Assembly (NCBI GenBank): GCA_002269645.1
Contig: NIVC01004691.1
Location: 1 to 37,932, forward strand
DNA from: Macrostomum lignano
Lineage: Eukaryota
DNA length: 37,932 nt
Direction of reading: 5' to 3'
The position numbers were made by a program, and so were the translations under genes. Below the pieces are notes generated by a model, which saw nothing but the letters and a program-made list of their open reading frames with translations, had not been told where the DNA came from and made no database searches. Shown here one piece after another: positions 1 to 11,766 of this stretch; the stretch's first letter is position 1; every line of letters begins with the position of its first letter.

Positions 1-1468
1 TAGAATCGAGATAATGTGGAACATACCCTAAAGTTCTAGCTAAACTTTTCCACCAAAAAGAAAAAATGAGAGCAACAAAACTATTACTCATGCTGTTTCT
101 GCACCACAGCACTTTTAGCTCGCACTGCTCGCAGTTGTTAAACTAACTAAACTAAGAATTCATAAACATTTCTGAAAACCGTTGTGAACCCCTACAGAAA
201 TTTTAGTCTCTTAACTTAGACGACTGGAACATCGGCCAGACCCAATGTCACATGCTTGTAATCATTCCCTGCAGTCTACTGCTTTGAGCTAAACAGTAGG
301 CTTATTATTTACGAGCTATTTGTGGGATCTGTATGCATGCAAATTTGTTTATTTCACCATCTTCGAAAAAAAATAAATAAAGAACTCTAAAGTTCTCTGT
401 AAAACTGAAGTTCTCTTTTTTGTACAGCACTGGCGTTAGGCGGTGTACAGAGAACAGTGCATGCTTGGTCGGGAAGCATTTGCACGATACAGATCGAGCG
501 TGCGTCCTCTGCTTCTCTTTCTTCTCTTTCCTGGCATGCTACGTACAGAAGTGTGGTGGGCAACTGTGCGCACGCATACGGACCCATACTCCTACCCTAT
601 TTAAACAATTCTACTGACTGAATTTTCATGGAAAAGCGGAAAAGCCGTGGGTTTTACTTGGATGTGACTTGGATCTGCCACAGAGTTACGCGGCTTCGCC
701 TGTAAAATCATGGGTTTTCCACGATGCTTCTTCCTAACTTTTCTTGTATAAAATCCGCAGGAAGCTGGAGTTGGCCCACATCTCTTGGTGAGTATGAGTC
801 CACATGGACAGTGAGTTGAGTTTGTGCACATTTAGTTACAATGTGCACAAAAGTTTTTAAGAAATTTTAGCATACTTTGATGGCCATGTTAAAGAGTCCC
901 TTCTGTCAAATGATATTTTTAAGGAAAGATAGAAGGAAGCAAAAATAGTCAAGAATGTTAAACAAAATACTTTTTGTTCCCACAGAATTTTCTACCATCG
1001 TTCGATTAACAGACATTCTCGTTATCGAGTCCTTAGTGGCTGTGTGTGTATTGTATTTCTATTGCTAAATGGTTTCGAATTAAACGTACATTGGGGTTCA
1101 TCAGAGTCACTAGAATGTAATTTTGCTCATGTAAGTCAGAGAAAAGGCTTGGTCTGTCTCAGCAGATGTAATTTTATATTTAAAATCAAATAAAAAGTCA
1201 AATCTGGACGCTTATTCCATATGAAATTCCTTGGTTGGGTTAACTAAAAGCCAAGTTGATTGTGTCACTACATCCGGGTACTAAAACACTAAAATACTTA
1301 AATTAGAAGTAGGCTCGTACGTGTACAAGAAGTTTGATGGCATTTACGAATATCCAGCTTGTTCGGCAATTTCCCGTCTTTACCCATAAATGCTGAGCGC
1401 GGGACACAGAATCTCCTGCATGCAGCGTCCACCTCACATCGCGTTTTTAGGTGCCGGAAGTGAGCGAA

Positions 1469-4400
1469 ATGCGGCTGAATCTGCAGATAGTGATGGGCAG
1501 AAGCCTGGCGACTCTTCTGCTGCTGTCTGCCACACTTCAAATGTGAGTCATGCGACGCTCAATTTCTTACACCAGCTGGGATTCCTGTTGCGGAATCCGG
1601 TTTTTGCTTGGGGTGAATCATACAGATTGGGTCATCATACTGATTGGGTCATCATACTGATTGGTCATCATACTGATTGGGTCATCATACTGATTGGGTC
1701 ATCATACTGATTGGGTCATCATACTGATTGGGTCATCATACTGATTGGGTCATCATACTGATTGGGTCATCATACTGATTGGGTCATCATACTGATTGGG
1801 TCATCATACTGATTGGGTCATCATACTGATTGGGTCATCATACTGATTGGGTCATCATACTGATTGGGTCATCATACTGATTGGGTCATCATACTGATTG
1901 GGTCATCATACTGATTGGGTCATCATACTGATTGGGTCATCATACTGATTGGGTCATCATACTGATTGGGTCATCATACTGATTGGGTCATCATACTGAT
2001 TGGGTCATCATAATGATTGGGTCATCATACTGATTGGGTCATCATACTGATTGGGTCATCATACTGATTGGGTCATCATACTGATTGGGTCATCATACTG
2101 ATTGGGTCATCATACTGATTGGGTCATCATACTGATTGGGTCATCATACTGATTGGGTCATCATACTGATTGGGTCATCATACTGATTGGGTCATCATAC
2201 TGATTGGGTCATCATACTGATTGGGTCATCATACTGATTGGGTCATCATACTGATTGGGTCATCATACTGATTGGGTCATCATACTGATTGGGTCATCAT
2301 ACTGATTGGGTCATCATACTGATTGGGTCATCATACTGATTGGGTCATCATACTGATTGGGTCATCATACTGATTGCTAAGGGTAAAAGCAAAAAAAACA
2401 ATTTTACTAAAGTTTCGATGTCATTTCTTTCATTTCTAAAATCTCTTAGCTACTCACCACAATGCCACAAAACTAAGTATTTAATATTTTGCGTTTATCT
2501 AACCTAAGATCATAAATAGGGTGCGTCTGCATTAACTTTCAACACTAAATTTACCACACCAAATCTACTGTCCCGCCCATTCTTCTTCAGAGCTCTGGCA
2601 GGCAACCAGTACTGCTATCCGCGTGGCAACACCAATGAGTTCCAGCTCAGCCTTGAGTTCACTGAAGATCGAATCATTCCTAAAACTGACGCGGACCCTG
2701 TGCCTGAGGAAGGGCTCAACTGCAAATGGAAGATTCTGACCGACCATCTTGGCAATGCCGTTGTGGTTCTGACTGGCTTTGACACGGAGGCTCACGTTAA
2801 ACAGCAGAGGTGGACACGATCTGTGGATTCAGCAGAACAGCATCAACTGATGCGATACGAACTGCACTCGAAGGCTTCGGACTGTAAGCAGAGCGCTCTG
2901 AGCACAGTTAAATATGTAGTTAAATTATTGATTTTCAACTTCCAGTTCTAACCATATCTGTGAACGAGCAGTTAGTGGTTTTTGTCCCATGCTGCTGACT
3001 GCTAGCTTGTGCTCTATAAAACCAGCCAAATGCATTCATTCTTACCCTGCCAACACAAATCCCAATGCATATACAGCGACTTGCTCGTCGCCTTCAACAA
3101 GCGAGCCAAAGCCAGTGGAGCTGGAGATGCTGCGCGTGCTGCAACTGACGAAAGGGTACGATAGAGCTGGTCCGTTTCTGAAAACAATTTTATTAAATCA
3201 ATTTCTTACTCGAAACTAATCAGTGCACTCTACATAAAACTGCAGGAGCTACCTGACGGTCTCATTCTGGCTGAATCGGAGAAGCTCAGCGAATATCCCG
3301 GGTCTACAAATTCGCCTGATGGAGCCGGGATTCTGCGGCAGAAGCATGACTAATTTTGAGAGCAACTGCTACACCACTGGATCGGTTCGTCGGAACCTGA
3401 CTGCTGAGCTGGCTGCGATGAGCGCTGACAGCGGAGTCATGAGGCTCGCCAGCTTCAACAGCTCCGCGGCTCTGCAGAACTTCGTCAAAGAGAGTAAGCT
3501 GGAGTGAGCCGGTGGCTTTTTAAACACTTAGCGGAACGAAAAAAAATGTACGAATTACAAGTAAATAAAGACTATACATCTTAAAACAGGGATGAGTACT
3601 GCTATGTTAGTGAATTTCCCTCAATATATTATGTCAGGAATGGATTAGGGATAAAAACAAAGCCATCCCTGCAATAGCACAATAAATGACACTATAAAAA
3701 GTTTATTTAAATTGCAATCAAATTAAGTAAAATACTTTATTCCTTTGCTATTGAATTTAATGGCCCCTGAGTATGAGTGCGAATGAGCCTTTCCCTGAGA
3801 AATTCCCTGAGGTATTCCGACGGTTAATGTCCGTGCTTACAGCTTGCATTGAATCAACTTGAAGTCTATCACCAAATTTTAGAGTACGGAAAAATTTCTG
3901 GTCAAGAAAGCTGGTAAATTCATGTCTTGTACCCGTCATATCAATACCAAACCAATATTAAAAGCTAATCACAACGTAACAGCGCAGGTAAGAAAGAATG
4001 CATGTGTAGCCTAAAGTTTTGCCTTGACAAGTGCATGGCATAAAGTGCTGCTGTGTATCCATCAGATTTGAACAATTGCTCAAAAATGCTCATTTTCGCC
4101 ACTGAAAAAAACTTTGTCACCAGATTACCAATCATAATCAAGACAATGATTAAGAGGTTTAATCACACTCTGTAGGTAATTTAAGCCGAATTAATTGGCG
4201 AATTTTCAAATTAATAATAATAATTAATGCAAATTAAAAACTGCATTTCCAAATACGCTCTTATTTCAATAAAGTTTTCAAGTTAAAAACCGTCGTTTTA
4301 TTTGCTGTTGCATCTCATACCCCAAGCTCCTAAGGCCTAAGTTACATAATTTTTGCAATATGCATGCTTCAAACAGCATCAATAATATGGCCCATGATAC

Positions 4401-5462
4401 CAGATAGCGCCATAATCAGAAACATAAAGTTGTCCTGCACTTACTTTTATATCGATAGTTTTCATATTATTATCGAATAATATTCACAAGTTTCAGGCCC
4501 ACAAAGCCGTTATGTCAAACCGCCGCAAAACCCACAATAGGAGCAGTAACGCACGAGAGATGTACCGGTAAATTCCACGCCTGCAGTAACTTAGAAATGG
4601 CTTTCGTTGCCAGCTTATTGAACGCATGCAGTGTCCTTTACTGAACATCGCTGTTTACCTTGGGTTGTAGACCGCACACCTTAACTTTTGCACAATTTCA
4701 CTCCCCTTGAACACCGGCTTCAGGCCAGCGAACTCGCGTCGGCTCCGGCCTGAGCACCCGCATCAAGGAGCCGCTGAATCTCGCACAGAGGCTTCGCATC
4801 GGACTGTTCTATGAGCACAGGACCAAGAAAGTCTTCTACCTGAACTGCGGGGCAGAAGGCTGCAAAATGGCTGAGTTCGAGGATGCTGATAAGCTGTGAG
4901 TTTCTTAACTTGAGAATTGCAGTTTATCTGCTGTCAGAACAATTGGCTCGCTAATTAAATCAAATTTCACAACTCTTTACACTTTAATTCCAGAAACCAT
5001 ACCGTCCAGAGTACGAACTCCTCAGTCTACTGTGGTTCACTCAGAGCTGTCAATCTTACCATTGATGGTGAGGTACTCGGGCTGGTGAGCTTTACGGACT
5101 GCAGTGAGCAGCTGCCGGCTCTGATCAGCTTCCCGGATGCGGCCAGAAACAGATGCGGAGACTCGAGCCAACCTGTGCTCAACTGGATGCTTGCGGCTGC
5201 CCAGCCGGCTGCGGAAGAAGAGCAAACAAGTCCCAGTCCTGAACGGATGAGGCTGATTATGGTTCAATTTGTGGCTGCTGGTTTGATTCTATTGTTATTT
5301 CTCTCTACTTTAACGCTAATTTTTATGAAACAACTGCAATGCCTTCAACGTGAAGCAGCAGCTTCGCCAAAGACGGTCCCAAGCCCCGTTGAAAAAGGAG
5401 GAGGGCCTGAGGGGGCCTGCCAATCCGACGCCCAAAAACCTCTGGTTCATTCTGCGCCTTAG
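1469..5462 (+). CDS. Copy 1: intact spliced gene for a 444-aa type I membrane protein (signal peptide, CUB-like domain, C-type lectin-like domain, stalk, TM, ~45-aa tail)
   Basis: Exons 1469-1542, 2591-2883, 3077-3155, 3246-3493, 4724-4895 and 4994-5462 all have GT-AG borders and compatible phases (2,1,2,1,2), totalling 1335 nt = 444 aa + stop. Signal peptide: MRLNLQIVMGRSLATLLLLSATLQIALA. CUB-like motifs: GLNCKWKI, VVLTGFDTE and GSYLTVSF..GLQIRL. CTLD motifs: C..TNFESNCY, RLASFNSSAALQNFV, LRIGL and C..FTDC. TM: LIMVQFVAAGLILLLFLSTLTLIFM. Exon borders are conserved in the paralogs. Confidence 0.85.
1625..2376. repeat. 17-bp minisatellite (GATTGGGTCATCATACT) x ~44 in intron 1 of copy 1
   Basis: Directly visible, near-perfect tandem array. 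Confidence 0.97.
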
Positions 5463-6907
5463 ACGTCGCAGCTGAATGCTAAAATGTGGATGGAGTTACG
5501 CAACACCCATCACCTTTCCCTGGTAGCCTGACAAAGGCTACAGCACGCACATAAAACAGCTTGAAAGCCTACCAGCTCTCATTTAGTCACGCTAATCATC
5601 TCGTTTTGATCAGCCAATATCCGCGCTTGCAAAAGAGACCAAGTTATTCATAGTCTGTTTACCCGAAATCCAGTTTCACTTCCTCATCGGATGCATCCGG
5701 TAAATGACTGGTTTGAAGATTCAACAGACAATATTTTATGATTTTGTTGCTGGTGTTAAATAAGTGTTAGCAGCTTTACTAAGAATGAACTACGAGGATT
5801 GAGTGAGAAGTTCGCTAGCTGTTATATGCGAGTGATCACTGTATACTTATGCTGTCACTATTATGCAACAATTTTTCTGCTTTATAAATGCGGTAATCGC
5901 TGTAAATATTATAAATATTTCATTTACTTAGAATTCATTTACTGCTTTACCTTATCCATCCACACATCTTTTGATGTTTTCACTGCACTAACGCGAAAGA
6001 TGTGTGGAATAAGGATTGTTGCTTAGTTTGTTGCTGAATTAAACAGTGGTGAAAAAACGAGCGCATGGACAATTTTGGCCATTGTTTAACATTTTACCTA
6101 CTAACCTAGCCATTCTTTCTGTGACAGATCTGCGAAGTTTACGTTTGTTACGAAAGTGTAAATTTACGAGCGTATATTGATGCACATAGCAATAAAATTT
6201 ATTAAAAATGTTGATTAACCTGTCACTTGAAGAATCCAGCAGACATGAAGTTATTTAAGAACTATGCAAGTTGATAACTAAGTGAATGATGATTAAGGTA
6301 GTCAGAGAGATACTTTCAAGAATAATCTAGAAAGTAGGCAATCGAAAAACTTCCTTAAATTAATGCCTAAATTAAATAAAAATAAATACAACAAAAATGA
6401 GGAAGAAGAATAATTATGGAACTTAATAATGATGCAGCTGTAAGATTGTAAAAATTCTGTAGTGAAAAGTTGATTATTTGCATAAATATAGGCATATTTG
6501 CATAAACCTTTAAGATGTGACGCAGTTGTTAAAGCATCTCAAATTAAGGCTGTAGCTGCTGCATTGATTTTACGAATTCGGAATGTCATAACCAACCGAC
6601 TGAAATTACCATGTCATAATTGTAATATTGTATACTTATGTACTGTACATGTCCTGAAGGCAGCATCAAGCTGGCAAGAAAAGCTGCGAGTATTAATTTA
6701 TGTTTTTAAGGAATAGAAAACCAAAGGCTTTTACCTGCACGACGGGCATTTTCGAGAGTGCGACAAATTCCGTCTGAGTGACTCCCCACGACCGGAGCCA
6801 AATTATTAGTGTTCTCCTGCTTGGAAAATGCATATAAAGTTTGAAAAATCTTGCTGGGCAATCCAGGCAATCCAGGCTAGGTGCGAACCCGCGATACATA
6901 CATGAGG

Positions 6908-7095
6908 CTGGCGAAATCTGAGAAATGTGAAAGACAAGGAATGGGAAATCTGGGGAATGTGAACTCTCGGGGAATGTAAAATCAGAAGAAAGTGAATCTT
7001 GAGAGTGGGATTGGGATTGGGAATTTTGGGATTGAAAAATGTAAGGAACATAATCTTGTTAATGTAGAATCTGAAGAAACTGGAAGGCTTGTGAA
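6908..7095. repeat. Degenerate ~16-bp array (GGGAATGTGAAATCTG-like) at a unit junction
   Basis: Repeated GGGAATGT(G/A)AAATCT variants immediately before the junction motif at 7101. Confidence 0.7.
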
Positions 7096-9261
7096 TGTGC
7101 CCCAAAGTTTTAGCTAAATTTTCCACCAAAGATACAAAGACATTGTAATGTCTATCTCATATATAAATTTTCTTTACATTTCATTTATAATATTTAGAAT
7201 TCATTTACTGCTTTGTTACTTTCATTTACGTCGTTGGTACATAGAGACGGCTGTCTGAGCTTCTGCGGGGCACAGTGTTGCCCGATCAGAATTTCATACT
7301 GTCTTCCAGGCCCAGTAGCAAGTACTTTTGACCATTATTCCACAGTTTCTCTTAATTGTGCATTCACCCTATGTGCAAATTCCATCCCGGAGTGAGTGTT
7401 TTGTCACGTGGGTTATTTTATCTACCCGTCACTATCTTTGCACTACCGTGAAATAAGTGTGGGATAGTGGTAGACTGCTTTACACGAGTGTACAAGCATC
7501 CTGAAAACACCTGCAAAAAATGAAGTAATTCAGGAATTAAACAATCAGATGACTACGTGATCGATAGCTAAGGTAAGCAGAGAGTTGAACGTTAATAATC
7601 TAGAAAGTATGCAATAGGAAAACTACATTTATATTTTAAGAGACCGATGATATAAGGTAATCAAAGAGAAATAGTTGCGTTCCCGAAGCCAGCCAGATTT
7701 CATGTCTCATTTTACATCTAGCTGTAAGATTGAAAAGCTGATGGAAATGATCGACTGGTTTTTTGCATAAATATAAGCTCCGTCATATTTAAGAAAAACC
7801 TGGTCTACTTTAGTTGTGGCACAGTTCTTGAAGCATCTCAAATGAAGGCAGTGGTTACTAAATTCAATTTATTAATTCGGAATTGTCTAACTATTGTTTA
7901 GTGCTTGCATTCTTCTAAGGTACGAGTAGCCTACCGGCGCAACGCTTTTGACGACATCGTCCCACAACGAGCGGTAACGTTTTACCATTTTAACCTTTTT
8001 AACATTTAGACGATAGAGTATTAAATATAGCTGTACGAGCTAGTTCATGTTCACGCTTCAATTCTTTGTACAAGTGTCTTGAAGTTGTCTCTCTACCCAG
8101 TGCGAGTCAAAATCCGACGTACGATTAGCAATATTAGCAAAATTAGCAATATTTTATCGTTCAGTCTTGGAATTACCACACCTGGTATGGAGTTTATCAT
8201 AACAGGGTTTGCAGCTGAGGCTTTTATTGGGGGCTGCGTCTTGGCAAGTGGCGCCATAGCAAGAGGCGCCAGCGCCATGGAGACGCGCCAGCACAAAGTG
8301 GCGCCAAGGGGCTGCTGATGAGGCCAAAGTAGCCAAAGTGGCTGTTGGAGAACTGCTAGAATTGAGATCAGAGGCGTCAAACCTGCTTTGAAGGGGCGCC
8401 AAGTCAGCGGGAAATCAGCCATTATTTTTGACAGCCTTTTTGGAGGGCCGGGTCTTCTTGGCCCCCTCCCTAGCCACGGCCTGATCATTTAACCCTCAGA
8501 TTAGTAAGAGACAATTAACTAAGTACCTCGTTTCAAAACTTGTTTGCGATATCATTTTCAGGTTTGTTAATTTTTAATAATTGTAAGCACTGGAAAAGCG
8601 AGCACTGGAGAAGCGCTTAGGTTTCCGCAAGCCAGCCAGCAGCTTGCGAACGTGTGATACAGAAAACTTGCAGGAAAATGCGTTGGGTTTGGGGGTTGAC
8701 CGTTTCCTAACGACGGCACAGAGAGAAACTGCGTGAGCGCTAAACCTACCCCGCTAAAACTATACATTTTTTGCATTATACATGTACTCGTACATGAACC
8801 TATGCGTTCTTGTTGACTAGATCAAATACACTGCCTTAAAAATATTCGGTACTGCAAATTCTGAGATGTGAGCCTCGCACTCATAATAGGGCCTTTACAG
8901 GCCAGTGTGTTTGAAAGTCTTTCTGCCATGCAAGCAGAAGATACGAGAAAAAAAACTTGTTAATGAGAGTAATGACTTTTAGAAATAAAGGAGCGTTCAG
9001 CACAGAACAGAGAATTCCCTTGTACTTGCACATGCAGATGGCTCTCTTCAGATGTGTTGCTAAAAATAGCTTCTGGGTGCGGGCGGCGTCCAGCTCGCAC
9101 AAGCAGGCAGGCCACGTATCGCGGGTTTGCGCCTTGTCTCCAGCCTGCTGGCTGACGCTGGCGCCCTGAATTCGGTCGGCGACGTGGCCTTCCTTTGCGA
9201 CTTGTACCGCTAATGTCAAAGGACTGTCAGCGTATCTTGCTGTTTTCCTTGCGACGCCGAG

Positions 9262-9490
9262 GAAATCTGGGAATTTATAATTTGGAATTGTGAAATCTGG
9301 GAAATGTAAAATCTGGGGAATGTGAAATCTTAGGAACGTGAAACATGGAGGAAAGCAAAACCTGGGGAATGTGAAATCTGAGAAATTTAAAATCTGGGGG
9401 GGTATAAACTCTGAGGGAATGTAAAATCTGGGGGAATGTGAAATCTGGGAGATATGAAATCTGGGGAATGTAGAATCGAGAAAATGTAAA
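9262..9490. repeat. Degenerate ~16-bp array at the A/B junction
   Basis: Repeated GGGAATGTGAAATCTG variants. Confidence 0.85.
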
Positions 9491-10369
9491 ACCTACCCTA
9501 AAGTTCTAGCTAAAGTTCTCCACTAAAAAGACCAAATGAGAGCGACGAAACTTATATTCAAGCTGTTTCTGCCCCACAGTACTTTTAGCTCGCACAGCTC
9601 GCAGTTGTTGAACTAAACTAAAAGAAGAATTCATAAATATTCTGAAAACCGTTGTGAATCCGGACAGAGTCCATAAAGACAATTTTAGTCTCTTAACTTT
9701 GACGACAATGACATCCGCCAGACCCAATGTCACATGCTTGTAATCATTCCCTGCAGTTGACTGCTTTGCCTTTGGGCTTTGAACTTTGAACAATAAATAA
9801 AGAACTCTAAAGTTCACAGAAAAACTAAAGTTCCCTTTTTGTACAGCGTTAGGCGGCGTACAGAGAACAGTGCATGCTTGGTCTGAAAGCGCATGCACAG
9901 TACAGATCAAGCGTGCGTCCTCTGCTTCTCTTTCCTCGCATGCTACGTACAATGGTGATGTAAAGGGCGGCAACAACGCACGCATACACCCACACTCCAA
10001 CTCTATTTAAACAATTCTACTGACTGAATTTCCATGGAAGAGCCATGGAATTGCCTTTTAGTTGTACTTGAAAAAAGGGCAAACTCCAACTGCTTAAGAG
10101 AAAATTTGCCGCGGAAAAGCCGTGGGTTTTACTTGGATTTTACTTGGATCTGCCACAGGGTTTCCTCAGCTTCGCCTGTAAAATCATGGCTTTTCTACTT
10201 CGTAAGATTTCTCATAAAGTCTACAAGAAGTTGTAAATTGGCCAACATCTCTTGGTGAGTATGTGTCCACATGGACAGTGAGTGAGCACATTTGGTTACC
10301 ATAGTTTTCAAGAAATTTGAGCATAATTTGATGGCCATGTTAAAGAGTCCTTTTTTGTTAAGTTAGAAT

Positions 10370-10549
10370 CAGTAGCGGATTTAGAGGGGATTTACAGGGC
10401 GCGCGGCCCTCCCGTCGAGTTTGATTTTTTATTTTTTTATATGAAAAGTACACATTTTCAGGTAGCTACATATACGTGTAAATGATATGCACAAACATGC
10501 ACCTTAGTAGTCTGCGCCCCCCGTACAAAAATTTCTGGATCCGCAACTG
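10370..10549. mobile_element. 180-bp MITE with CAG-ended TIRs (hAT-like)
   Basis: TIRs CAGTAGCGGATTTAG and CTGGATCCGCAACTG (12/15 match). No clean TSD. Absent from the other units. Confidence 0.65.
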
Positions 10550-11453
10550 AGCTAGATAAGATAGCTACAGTATGAGTAAAGAATGTCAAAAGTTTTTCTA
10601 AGCTCCTAGATTTTATATTTTACGTAATTAAACTAACAGTTTTTTGTTCGCGAGGCCTTGCATATTGGGCTATATACAGTACATGCTCGTACATATATCG
10701 TATTGCTGAATTCGATGGATGCGCGGATGGATTTTCACTGTAATATATGATATATCATGCTCATTCATGTAACTACTCGGGTCATTAGAGTATAGCAAGC
10801 ATTCAAGTATAATTATGGTCGAGTGAACCATGATTACTTGCTAGCTGCTACTCGTACATTTCATTTTAAGTCAAATAAATATATTAAAATCCCTGTTTGG
10901 AATTTTCGTGGAAAACCTGGTAGCGGTATCTGCGCTTAACTTAGAAAACTTATATGAGCTAGGTTTTTGCGCAATAAATACATTTATAAGTTGGTTTTAT
11001 TTTTTTAAATTTACTCGTTATCGTAAAAAATTTTTTTTGTTTTTTAATTTAAAAACAATCGATGGAGTTCGTCGTACAGCAATGTGACGAACTACGAGCG
11101 TCAGACCGATGTCAGCAAACCATTATTGCGTTGCGGCAGCATCTTCGATGATACATGCAATATAATCGAACAAACACATTTGGAAATCAGATGACGTTTC
11201 AAAATAGATTTTTTATATACTCGTAATTATACATGCATACTGTTATATTGTTCTGTTGCACGAAAGAAAACCTCAAGAGAACGAGCCTAGGGCTGTTTAC
11301 GCGGGTTTGTGCCAGACGTGCACTGTAAGGGGGGGGTGCTTTCACAAGGTCGAAATTTCACAACGTCGAAATTTCACAACGTCGAAAAGTAAATTATCTC
11401 ACTATAGGTCGAAACTTTACAGGGTTGAAATTTTAGAACATTGAAAGCTTAAG

Positions 11454-11766
11454 CAGTGGTAGCGCAGTATCTCTGGTTGGGGGGGGGGCAGTAGTTAGGT
11501 GGTCACCCCTTTACAATTAAACCCTTACCCTTACAAGGCGGTCACACTTCTTACAAAACGAATTTACAACACGAAAATTCTTATAAAAATGCATTTTTAA
11601 TCATTGATGCAAGTTGCATTACAGGGGTGACCATCTCCCTCCATTCCTAGGGTCTTTTCTAGGGCCGTGGGGATGGTGGGGTCGTCACCCCCCCCCTTGA
11701 GACAGTGACCTGTGGTCACCCGGGGGCAGTTGCCCCCCCTGCCCCCTCCCCCCTGCGCCGTAACTG
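11454..11766. mobile_element. G/C-run-rich MITE-like element with degenerate CAG-ended TIRs, nested in a GTCGAAATTTCACAAC-repeat element
   Basis: TIRs CAGTGGTAGCGCAG and CTGCGCCGTAACTG (10/14 match); flanks agree at only 5/8. Related GTCGAAA repeats occur at 11340-11440 and 11780-11815. Confidence 0.5.

Larger units (their letters stand above)
27..9496 (+). repeat. Segmental duplication unit A (includes a gene-less collapsed unit from ~7101)
   Basis: Begins with the junction motif CCTAAAGTTCTAGCTAAA and is collinear with the other units block by block. Confidence 0.8.

Noticed and set aside
1625-2376. Minisatellites as CRISPR arrays
   Set aside because: Units are directly adjacent with no unique spacers, there are no cas genes, and the context is eukaryotic.
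3077-3155. Alternative frame DLLVAFNKRAK for exon 3, as in the copy 5 ORF track
   Set aside because: Exon 2 ends in phase 1 in all four copies, which selects the TCSSPSTSEPK frame. The alternative frame hits a stop in exon 4 of copies 1-3.
1469-5462. Viral envelope glycoprotein (signal peptide + furin site + TM)
   Set aside because: The gene has spliceosomal introns and CUB/CTLD motifs, no fusion peptide follows the basic site, and there are no gag/pol or LTR pairs around the units.
8079-8488. Overlapping ORFs in the GC-rich GGCGCC block
   Set aside because: They are not conserved in frame at the paralogous sites (26880-27166, 31905-32100) and consist of low-complexity repeat-derived sequence.
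27-9496. Duplication unit as a Helitron or other autonomous transposon
   Set aside because: There is a CTAG near the junction but no terminal hairpin or A/T target, and no Rep/helicase, transposase or RT coding sequence is visible.
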